From Camelus ferus (lineage: Eukaryota): a stretch of 64,000 nucleotides of DNA. The stretch's first letter is position 1, and each line of letters begins with the position of its first letter. The notes beneath the pieces were generated by a model. The model did no database searches. It had not been told where the DNA came from and was given only the letters and a program-made list of their open reading frames with translations. The DNA is taken from contig NC_045696.1 in assembly GCF_009834535.1 (NCBI RefSeq), positions 89,282,001 through 89,346,000 on the forward strand. The letters run 5' to 3'. The translations under genes were made by a program, and so were the position numbers. Positions 26,301-38,300 of this stretch are shown here, in pieces.

Positions 26301-29300
26301 CAATAGGCTAGGATGATGGAATAATGGCAACTTTTCAGAATTTTCTCTAAGATTATCTTTTCAAGAGGTATTCAAAGTGAAATGTAAAGAATTGGGTGGG
26401 GCCTTTGTAGTTTTTTACAACTTAAGAATAGAAAATAAATGCTCTTACATCTCTCTCCTTTTAAACTCTAGTTCTAATGTTCTTTTTAACTTTATTTTAA
26501 ATTCAGTAAAGTAAGATTAGAGAAGCATTGTCACCTGAATTCAATCAACGTTCCATGCACAGTGACTAGGTCTTTTCTTTAATGCTTGAGTGTGGTAAGT
26601 CTGTAACCGTGTGTAGAGATGGATTTCTTGCTCTGGCTTGTTCTCTTTATCCTGCACTGCATGCACAGCTAGCCCAGTGTCTTACTGGGGGGTGGTTCTG
26701 AGGTCACTTTGGGCATTGACCTGTGTCACTTGGCTGCAGAGTGGCTTAGAAACTCCTCAGCTCGTCTCTGGGCCACTGTCTTACTTTTGCAAGTTTCATA
26801 TCCCTCCTGTGGTTCATTTTTCCAGAGCAGAATAATGACAACCTGCCTAAGAAAAGTATTATGATGAAAATTTAAAAGTTTTTGTAAAGTGTGTCTGGAA
26901 CGTGTGGTGTAAGGGGATGACGTGAATCTGTCACGAATGGGGTTGGATCTGGCGGGCTTTCTGCTTCACGATGCTGACCTAAACCTCCCCCATCCCTCTC
27001 TTTGCTTTTGCCTGTTTCTGTCTGGCTGAGATGCCTCTCCCTTCCCAACATTTAACTTCCAAGTGTGTTTCAGATCAACCAGATTCAAAGACTAGTGCTG
27101 AATCCCTCACATTCAGTGAGTGGTCTCAGCTTCTCTCTTGGACCAGCAAAATATCAGCCTCACTTCATTTTGTATTGTCTTGATTTCTTTCTCTATCTAA
27201 TGCATGGCTACTCCTTGTCCTCACAATCTCATTAACCCATAGACTCTTTGCTGGGGTGTGGATTTTCTCCGAATTTCTACAGAATGCCCACCACACAGTG
27301 GACACTAAGTCAATGTTCATTAAATTGAAGGGACAGTAGTCTCTGACTGTGCCCTGGGGGAATCAGTCAACCAGTAACTAAGCCTCTGTTGTTCACCAGC
27401 CCAGTGGGGGTTGATGGATATTCCAAACAAACAAGTGGAAGAGTGCTAGGTCCAGGTCTAGAGCAGTCTACTTGAGCAGAACATAAATAACAGACAAGGG
27501 GTATGGTAACTGAGGAGCAGTCCATCCCTGCACAGGAATGCCCTTGCTCTATTTAACACTGTTGGTAACCTCTGCGAGTTACCCCTTCTTCTCCTTTATC
27601 TCTAATGTCTCCATTTCCCCGGCACCCACACTGGCCTGGACTCTCACCACTTCATACCTGGATCTCTGCAGTGGCCTCTTAATGCCAGGCTCCCTGAAGT
27701 CTTGTGCATCCTGATCATCAGTAACCCCCAGTGTCCACCAACATCTTGGGGAACACCAAGGCCCACTCCAGCTTGAAGCGCTCATGTAATTCTGTGTCTC
27801 CATGTCATTGCCTGTAGGAGAACCATCCCCCCAGTCCAGCTCTTCCTAATTGCATTCAAGGTCCTCCCTGGTCTGATCCCACCTTATCTGGCCAACTTCA
27901 TGTCCTTACTGTCAACTCATTTGGGTCATTTCACTAAATTGTTGACAGTTGTTTTCCTGAATTGACTGTTGATTGGGGAGGACATGGATTCTTTGGTGTA
28001 GTAATACCACTGTCTGCCTTTCAGTTACAAAATCTAAAACCAGGTTTGTTTTTGTTTTTTTTTTCCCCTTTCTGGTGTCAAGTTACTTAATTGCCAGGGA
28101 TGTTTTTAGGGAGCTGCTGAGTTGATCAAACAAAGAAACAATGCCACTCCTTTGGTACAAAATAGAGACTGCCAGGGACCCAACGAAATGTAATGAAAAG
28201 TTTGTTGGCTTTTCTGTTTGCCTTCTATTGGAAAAGGCTTAAGGTTTCTTTGTCTAAATCTTGTCTCCCCTGAGACTATGGCGTTGTTTCCCATTGCTCA
28301 CGGGGCGTCAGTTTGACATGCAAGACTGCTTTGGGTCTAACGTGGTCGTTGAATGGCACAAAGGGCTTCTGTTATTTGGGACTTAGCTTTTACAAAAATG
28401 AGCATAATCTTCTATTTTATCCTTGTGTTTATCCTATTAAACTTTATTTCTTTCTCAAAATTTAGATTGCCCTAGCCCCAACCTAGATACTTCAGAGGAC
28501 TCTAAATCAGGTAAGGGATATGATTAATATTGATAAATGCCCAAATGAAATTTTTACAAAATAACCAATTCATAGCAAGGTAAATTACAATTTATTTATT
28601 TATTTAGTACTGTTTTACTTCAAACAATCTGAGTGAAAGGTAGGGACTTTCATCTTTCTATTTGAAAGGGCTGAATAAATTTTAAGCTTTCATGATTACC
28701 TAGCTTAGTGAAATCAGTGACTTTAAAAAGTTTGATGATAAACGCGGTACTTAGTGAAACTGAGAATTTATCTTTGGCTGGGGTAGTCCCAGGAGGCTTC
28801 TCTGAGGAGATGATGGCTGGATTGAACTCTGAAAGATGAACTGGGGTCACAGGGCAAAGGCCAGGAGAAGAGTCGTCTCAGTTCAGAAGACTCACAGGTG
28901 TAAAGGGCTGAGTGAGGGAGAGTGTAAGTGCTTGTTCGCAGAGACTGAAGGGCAGATGGCTGGGGTGCGGGAGTGAGGGGAAGGGTGACGGGGCCAGAGT
29001 GCGTCTGCAGGGACAGGCGGGGGCTAGATGATATAGGGTTAAAAAACAGATTCTCCAGAGAAGATGTACAAATGGCCAAAAAACACATGAAAGATGCTCC
29101 GTATATTTCAAGGAAATGCAAACCAAAACCACAGCAAGTTACTACTTCACACCCTCTAGGATGGCTGTAATGAAAAAGGGAGGTGACAACAAGTGCTGAC
29201 AAGGATGTGGAGAAGTTAGAGCCCTCATTCACTGCTGATGAGAACGTAGAATGGCACAGCCCCCTGGCGACACAGTTTGCCAGTCCTCAAGTGGCTACAC

Positions 29301-32300
29301 ATAGTTACCATTTGACCCAGCATTTCCTCTCCTCTTATATACCTCAAAGAAGTGGAAACATATCTCCACACAACCAGAGGGAAGGTGACTTGAAGGGGTT
29401 GCCCCAGCCAGGCTCCATCTCCCAGGGACCTGAGGCAGAGGGTGGGCCTCACCTGGGGCTGGTCCAGGCAGAATTACAGCCCTGCAGAGGTCCCAGACTG
29501 CCAGAGGGAACCGACAGGATAAAGAGGGGCCTTGGTAGGGGCTGCATGGTTCTTTAAAGCTGGGCAAAGCATTCATTCATTCACACTTTCATTCATTCAT
29601 TGAGCATCTGTGTTGGGACGGGTGGCGGAGGGTCAGGTGATGAGACAGTCCTCCCGGGCTCACAGACCAGCAGCTAAAAAAGCTGTTTGGCGGAGGGGTG
29701 AATGGGGCAGGATGGAACACAAAGGAGGCACAGCTAGCCTGACTCGGTGGGGCGGAGGGAGATTGTCAACAGGAGTGACTTTTGGGCTGGCTCTTACTGG
29801 ATACCTAGGAGCTCTGGAGGTGGAGTCTGGGGGAAGGATTTCCAGGCAATGGGATGGCATCTGTAAAGGCATGGAGGAAGGAGTGGGATGATTCTAGTCC
29901 AGGGGTTCTCAACCCTGGCTGTGCTTTTCCGTCATCTGGGGACCTTTAAGAATATACTGCTGTTCAGGTCCCACCCGAGATCAGTTAAATCAAAACTTCC
30001 AAGGAAGGGCCGAGTCCCAGGCAGGGGTGTGTTTAGGAAGCTCCCTAGGTGATATTGGTGTGCAGCCAAGGTTGAGAACACTGCTCTCTGCTTCCAGCCC
30101 TGCAGGACCAAGTCCATGTCTTATTGCCTTTATTTCCCAGCACCTGTTCCTACAGAAGCATGGCCTCGCCCTCCACCCAGGCACTTCTCATGCAGGAACC
30201 TGCCTCCTGCTCCCCCTCTCCCTCCACATCCAGACAGTCACCAGCTCCTGGGCCTGGAATTGCTGAAGTCACAAGAAGCATGTTTGCAAATGTAACAACA
30301 CGGTTAAGCGTGCAAATTCGGGCCAGCCTGCCCAAGTGGAAATCTTAGCCCCAGACTTCCTGGGCAGCGGGTAGTAGGGTGCTGGTGGTCTTGCGTAAGT
30401 AAATTCACTGACCTCAGCTTACCTCACTGGGAAGTCATGAGGGCTAGTGTGTAAATGTATGTAAAGCTCTTACATAAATATATGTGAAGTGTGTATATAT
30501 ATATGTAAAATGAGTAAATAAATGTAAATGAGTGAATACGTGTAAATGAGTAAGTATGTGTACAGCGCCTGGCACAGTGAACACTCAGAGAAAACTGCTA
30601 TTAGCTGCTATATTACTGTTCTCATTTTTATTCTCAAATCCTTTCATTCCTCCATGGAAGTATTGCACGTCCTTGGTTTTGGTCGTCAGCAGTTGTGTGT
30701 AGGGAGGGATGCTGTTAGGATAATACCAATAGCTTTCTGTGTGTTTACTCAGGGAACCCCGGGCCTGGGTGTGGTGAAGCTGGGGGAGCAGTGGCGGCGC
30801 GGGGTGGAGGGTGAACTTGGCCGGGTGGACTACCTGGGCGCGTCTCTGGTCGGCCAGGGCAGGTCCAGGGCGGCCCTGGAGGTGGAAGTCGACGTGCCCC
30901 CCCAGGGCTCTCAAGGTGTTCGTAGTTGGGGGTGCGGGGATGGAGAGGAGCGGAAGGCCCGTGGAGGGCACTTGGAGAGGCAGGAGGAGAACCAGGACAG
31001 ACACCAGGGGAGGGCACCGGCAGGAGGGGATGGTCCGTGTCTTTCCCTGGGGGAGTCATGGGACTCGGGGTTAGCGGGTCTTTGGGGCCATGAAAGAAAG
31101 GATTCCAAATTCTGTGGGAACAGAAGCCTGATTGCAGTGGGTGAAGGTGCTGATGTCGGGGTGTGGGAGGGCAGGGAGCATTCCTGGGGACCACTCTTTC
31201 CAGAAGCAGTTGAACAATATAGACTGTCCTCTGCTTTGGGAAATGGCAGTTACACTGCAGAATTCTGCCCTGTTGTATGATTGAATTTGTGCATGGAATC
31301 TCCTAGATGCACAAGTGCAGGGCAAGATGGGAGCAGCAGGGGGCAGGTCAGGCCTGGTGGGACTTGGGTGACACCCAAATAAAATGATTATTGCAGCCAG
31401 AGTGTGATTTGAGCTCTTATTTAAACAATTAAATTATGTTTTGTTCAGTTCCAAAGAAGGATAAGCCCTCTATGTAAACCAGACTAGATTTGGACTCAGT
31501 GAGAACGGATTATAAGAAGAAGTTAGTTGAGTTTGGATCTGTTTTATTATGTGTATAATTTAAGAAAATAGTTCCCACTTCCTTTTCATTGTGTGCTTCT
31601 CCCGGCATATGCTCTTTTTTAGGCGAGGACAGCTGTTCTGAGAGCAGCTCTGAAAGCGAATCAGGTGAGTTATCTATGTGTGTGTTTCTTTAATTACAGA
31701 ATCCTAGGTAAACATAGAAACCTTTATTTTTATTTTAAAGTAATGGCCACATCGGTTATATTGCTTGAGGACACGTTAATTGCCAGAGTCTTTTGTGTGG
31801 AATACTGAAAAAGTACGTACATGGTAAATAATTTCTGGTTGGCAAGCAAAGTGGCAAAACAGGATGAGCTGAAGAAGAAAGACAGGAAATGGTTGCTATT
31901 GGTGAGGAACAAACATTTTACCTGCTCTCCCATTAGCCTGTGTTTTCTCTTAGTTGTCACATGAATCTGATTTAGACCTTTTTTTTTTTTTTGTAGATAA
32001 TGAGGAGCCAAAACCAAAACAAACAAGTGAGTGTATCCTTCCTTCCTCTGTCATCTTTTGTGTTGTTGAAAGGAAGAAAAAAGGGTAGGCTTTGAGATTT
32101 TTAAGTTGCAAGTTGCTTGTTTCATGATCTTTTTTTTCATGGAAAATTGAGTTAAGCTTTAGGAAACAAATAAGCATTTTGAAAATTTGAGTTCAGTACA
32201 CTCGGGATAAAAGGGGCGTGTTCTTGATCTGCACTGATGCCAAGGTTCTGCATGAGCTGTTCTGCTCTGAGGATTCCCAGAGGAGAAGAGATTGAGAGAT

Positions 32301-35300
32301 GGCCGAAATCTGCAATGTCGCCACGGCCACAGCCTCGGCTTCCTTCCGTAGTGGTCGCCGCTCACAGTTCATCACAGGGTGAACAGTTTGCTGCTGAAAG
32401 TGTTTTACCATTTGTGGTTTAAAGTTTCTGCCTTGCTGTCCTGGCTGTTTGTGAACCACTTGAGTATGAAGCCACCACAGAGACATGGATCCTAAATATA
32501 AATTTGATTCGGGTCTAAAGTTTTGTGAAAAACTTAAAAAAAAGTGAGTGACTAAGCTTATATTTTAACTGAGTTTATTTTACTGTAGGATTCCACCCCT
32601 GCCCCCCACCCAGTTCTTAGAATATGATCTGCCCACGAACACAAATACTATAGCAAGGCAGTCAGAGGGTGCCTTTGTAATATTTTAAAATAAATGAAGT
32701 CTCTTCACTGAGAAGTCTTGTATTTAATTTAATTCTCTGCAGTTTCCCAGTGGGGAACCCGGGAAGGTAATTGTAAGCTCCTTGCAATCATGTTATGTAT
32801 TGATAAGAACCTATAATTATTTCTGTATCACACTCGTGGAGTAGATGTCACATTCTGATAGCCATAAGGGAAAAATGTACACCAGCCCTCCTCCCAGTCC
32901 ACTTTGTACATTAAGGATTAGTTCATCTTGCAAAATGTGATCAGGAGTCCAGCCTCTGTGGATTAGATTGGGATAGAAATTAAATCAGAAAGCTGTGTAT
33001 TGGGATCCAGTCTTTGCTGTTCCTGGTTAACAACTGAGTAAATGGCCATAGGGACACAGAGTCCAGAGGCAGGGCCCTCAGGGTCCTGGAAGCCAGGCCT
33101 GGGCTTCCAGGTCCTCGCCAGGGTAGCACCCAGGTGGAAGGCATTCTGAGTCAGTGAGGCTCAGGACAGGCTCAGCATTGGTGGGAGGCTGGGGTCAGTG
33201 TGGTGAGACAGGGCATGTGCAGGGCAGGGACTTGCTGGGCCTGGCCCTCAGCCGAATTAGGCACCTGGATGTTCTCTGGCAGCGACAGTGAGTAGGCTGA
33301 GCATGCTTGTCCTTGGAGCCCAGGGCATCCAAGGGGCCCTGCCTTCCCCCAGGTTTATTCTCTTTGTTAAAAGACATTTTACCCTCTGTGTTGTGGGTGA
33401 GATCAAAGAGGCACTCCCCATTCACTTCCATCCGCAGGTCTGATAGAAGGACCAGGCAGACCACCCTGGCTCGCTTGCTTCTCTGGGCTGGCTGGTGATG
33501 CAGGCCCACCCGTTGTGCTCATGATTGGATATGCCTTCTACTCATAGGCATGGGCTTGGGGTCACCTCTCTTGTATGGACTAAAGAGAAGCTGTGGTTTA
33601 TGTGTTGGAGAGAACTGTATCGGTCCTTCTGCTGGGAAGACCCGTAGACTCTATCTGCTGGGCGGTTAGGATTCTCTAACCTCTTTCCCTTTCTCTGTTC
33701 CCAAGGCAAAGGGCAAGACATAGAAACATGGGATGTGGATGCAGTGCAATGTGGATGACAGCCATTAAATAATCTAGAATTTTACAGTGCTTTTTAGGAC
33801 AGCGGCTGAGGAAATATGATTGAAGGATTTTGTGGTGTAGGACTTGGGTCAGTATTTCAGAACCTTCGGCTTTATAGTATTCTGAGTCCAGAATTCTGAA
33901 TACTTTTAGTCTCTACTTGCCATTTCATCTTAATGCTGTTTTTTTAAAAGCTGGTTCTCTCTTGCAACCCCTGGTCCCTGTATAATGCCCTAACAGCAGG
34001 CAGCTTGTGTAGCCGGGGCTGGAGCACCATCCTGGGGGAGAGCCTGCACCTTCTGGGTGGTATTGGTGGCCTAGGACCTTCTACATGTGTTGAAGATGCC
34101 TGTCTCAACAACAGGCTGACCCTCCCAAAGGCTGTTCAGATCTTTAACATATAAAACCAAACACTTAACACATTAGGTTTTACCCCATGTGAAGGGTTAT
34201 TGTTTACTTTAGAATTCCTGAATTTTTTAATGAGTCCCACCATCGCCCTAGCAAAATAATATTTCATAACAGTTCGCTAGTACTCACTGAGTGCTTGCTG
34301 AGTGCCAGGCACAATCCTTGCCTGTAATTTAATTTTCTATCTTTCTAGGGGTGGTATTATGCTAATCTCCATTTAATAGATGAGGAAAGTAATGGACAGA
34401 GAGATTTAGTACATAACTAGAGAGCCCAAGCTCATGAGCTAGTGGCCAAGGCAGGTAATAGGAAAATTCATTGCTGTTCTCGTTCATAATTCATTTTGTA
34501 GAATTCTAGTCATTCAGAAAATGAACACTGACTAGGCCCTGGGGTTATAGTCCTCATGAAGCTTACATTCTAATGGGGAGAGAAACAGGAATCAGAAAGA
34601 CTCAGCCAAATAGTGTGTGAGGTTGTGGGGAGTGCCCTGAAGGAAATGAAAGGGGAAGAGAATGTGTCAGGCAGGCCCTGCTGTCAGGAAATCCTCTCTG
34701 ATAAGGTGATCTTTGAGCAGAGACTGCAAGGATGTGAGGGAGTGAGCAACGTGAATATTTGTTGTGAGTATTTGTTTGAGGAGACAGTGCAAAGGCCCTG
34801 AGGCAGGAGCATGTGGAGAATGGCTCAGAGTGACTGGAGGGTTGTAAGTGCAGGGAGATGCAGTAATGAGGAGCCAGCGGAAGGAGTCTACATGTTAAGT
34901 CAGAGATAGTTCTGGTTTAAATGTGCCCAAAACCAGATGTTAATTACTCTCTTAAGTCCAAGCTAATCTCTAACTTGAAAGTCACCTGGGGGGCTGATGC
35001 TGATCAATCACTGTCTTGGGGATAATGACTCCAGCTTAGGTGTCCCAACTCCGGGCCGCCACGAAGGGCTCCTCCTTGGGGGCTGCAGCTGTCCAGATGG
35101 AACGCTGGCCTAGGTGGGGAGTAACCAGTGAAGAGGTTGTTTATGACCACCTGAGCCCTTCTTGTCTTCATAGATGGGGAGCTAGGAGAGTCTTCCACCG
35201 AGGAGGCGTCCACTCAGGGTAAGAGCGAGGCAGTGCCCTTGCCATCTTGTTTTCTCGGATCCATCCTGTTCTCCCTGTGCCTGTGGTGTGGGAGGAGGAT

Positions 35301-38300
35301 GTGAGGATCAGGCTGAAGGATGGTGAGACAGCAGTTGCTTCTACATAAAAAGATCAGCTAAAGACCTATGTGCCAAAATGAGCTGCGTGGAAACTTAAGC
35401 TTGTTTTCATGCCCCACCCAGCCCTACAACAGGACTCACAAATGTGATAACGGGTCATGTGTCTCTAAGTCCAGTGATGGAGATGTTTAAATAAAGTTCC
35501 TGTTGGCTGTGAAGCTGGAGGTGGGGGCTTAGGTGATTTACCCTGTGATTAACTTATGCCAATTCACGAATGATTGTATCTTTCACAGTTGAAGAATGGG
35601 AGGATAAAGGATTGCCCACAAATCATTTTAATTCAGGTATGAACTTAATATATTCCTTTAAATATTGTTGCTAAGGGGCTTGTACCTTTGAATTTTGTAA
35701 TCTGGTCATATCATATATATTTATTAAACATTTTTTGTCTGAAAATGCCAATCACATTCCTATAAGTAAAACTTTTTCTCTGTCATTTAGAATTTAATAA
35801 AATCCAATCTCACTGTGAACACTGTAAAGCTGAAAATGTAAGTCTCTTTTAATTATAAAGTATGATTCTTTAATTTGCTTGATTTAAGGAAACAACATTT
35901 ACTTATATATCATATATGTGCTTTTTCTCCAGAAACACAATGAACCAGTGACCCCCAGGCTCCTTTCCCGGGGACAGTTTTTGTAAGTCATTGTGGATAC
36001 AGAAGACGACATATTGTTCATCCTTTTAATTTTCTATATAAAAATAACCCTGAGTAGGGGAAGCACAAAACAGCATAACTTAACTTCACACATTTTATGT
36101 AATTCCTTGGATTGTTTTCTTTGATACTGATGTTGCTTCAAAATGTTACTGAGTTCTCTTTGTGCTTTTGAATGAAATTAAAAACAAATAATTGCAAGAA
36201 GTCCTCTCCTACCCAAGCAGCAGGACTGAACAGGTGCTCTTATCTGTCCAATGCAGACTGAAGGTGGACACGGAGGGCATTTACCAGTGCACGGAAACTG
36301 GTCTGATATTTGAAGTTAACAGAAAAGTTGACATCAAGTATTGTGTCTTGTCCTGGAGCAAATATGCGGACCTGGTTGTTAAGCCCTGGGTTGTCGGTGG
36401 ACCCTTGTTTGATGTTAAATGTGACCCTACCTGTCTTACCTCCATTCAGTTTCCACATTCCCTCTGCTTGGGTCGTAAGTACTAATTTGCTAACAGTTTA
36501 ATCTGTGCGTGTGTGTGAGAGAGAGAGAGAGAGAATGTGTGCAACCCATACAATGCCTGGAACACTGACGCACCTTCATGTCTTCACAGACTGCGACACC
36601 AACATGATGTTCAAAGTCTTGCATGTTAAAAGTACTGGGGCCTCGTTAGAATACACCGTGGACCACTCTGCAACCCATGTCAAATGGCGCGTGAGCTCTC
36701 TTTCTCCTGTGGGACCTGTTATTCAAAGCGAAGAAACGGTGTTCCACCACGGGGCCGTGATTCTGTACAAAGCCATTGACCATAATCCATCCTTGTCTTT
36801 TCGAGTGTACATAGCAACCAATAATGAGTCCTTCATCAAGGTAAAGCCAATGAAATGAATACTAAATGTTGAATACTTTGTTTTCAGACATGACACGACA
36901 TCTGGGTGGGTCCTGTCCCTGTTGCTTTGTGTCCCCCCTCAGCGGCGGGTCTGATTTGGTGCTCCCACAGAGGTCGTAAAGTCCGTGGCTGGTGTGTGTG
37001 TGCTGAGTCCTCAGATCCAGGGAGTATGATTGTTTGTACATGTAAACAGTGTTGTGAAGATAACAAATGGGGAAAGAGCTCTTCAGAGCTGGGGCTGGCC
37101 CAGGCAAGCAGGCCTGGCCTTGGAGGAGATTGCCTGGTGGACAGCCTAGGCCATCTGTTTTCTACAGCCTTTTTGCTGGGGACCAGGGACCAGGGGCCAG
37201 AGTGGTGACATCAGCAGGGAGCTCGTTACAGTGCCAAGTCTCAGCCCCACCCAGCCCTGCAGACTCAGAGGTGACTGGTGTGCACGTGGAGCTGGAGAAG
37301 CACCGGCCCTGGGATGCACTGGGCATCGAGGGTAGGGTGACCGAAGGTTTCTTCTGGGCCTAAAGCTCCACCAGTAAGATGGGCCTCTCAGGGTAACTCA
37401 CTGCAGAACAATTTTTTGGATAAAAAATTGACCCATTGTTCATGGGTTCAACATTCTGGTTTTTGAAGCAACAAATATTCATGAAGCACCTCATGTGTTT
37501 AAGGCAGCCTGGCCTGAGGGAAAGGGTTTAGATATTCACCATGGAACCAGTTTTCCAGAACACCGAATAAGGCTGTGACGTTCAGCCCATTTTCCAAACA
37601 GTATTGTTTAGAACAAAGGGAACCGAATCTCCTTTCATAGCCCGACTTAGAGGTCGGCTGAAATATAGCAGATAAAGCAGTGACACAAGATTATACTTTC
37701 AGATTCGAAATCAGGGTTTGACAGAAGTTAAATGAGCATTAGAGCTGTAATAAAGTGTGCTAATTTAAGAGTTGTAATTTGAGCTACAGAATCTCTATCA
37801 AACGATCTACTCCCAGTGGTCTTTGGTTGTAGTATTTTCACACTTTAAAAATGTTATACTGATTATAATTAGCCATATGTATTAAAGTATAAAAACTTTA
37901 TTAAGTAATGGGTTTTTAGTTTCTTCCTAAGAAGGTAAAACATGCTTCCTGTAATCTCATTAAGGTAATACTTTCAGTTGGGAAAGTAATCTTCAAAATG
38001 GTATGAGAATAATTTAAAGTATAATTAGCATAGATTTGGAATAAGTACTGTTGTTTAATGAACTTTATATTTTTTTAAGTAAATTCAGTTATTAAAAGGG
38101 GATTACCCCTCTTCCTAGGAAGCTGGGGTGGGGGCTGATTACATCAGCACATGTAGAGACGTTTGCCGCCAGAACAATGGGGAGCGTGGCACTGGTAAGG
38201 CAGGATGTCCTTCCTGGCTGATGTTTTATTTTTACACTTTTCTTCATGGGTTGATTTTTTTTCCCCCTAAGTAGAGAAAGATTTCCTTGAATTCTGCCTC

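Noticed and set aside
30546..31280. 244-aa plus-strand ORF and antisense ORFs
   Set aside because: Overlap MIR/L2-derived GC-rich sequence; no domain and no fit to the gene's splice phases
33706..33760. Possible extra phase-1 micro-exon after the pyrimidine tract ending cccaag (GKGQDIETWDVD...)
   Set aside because: No credible GT donor before the in-frame TGA
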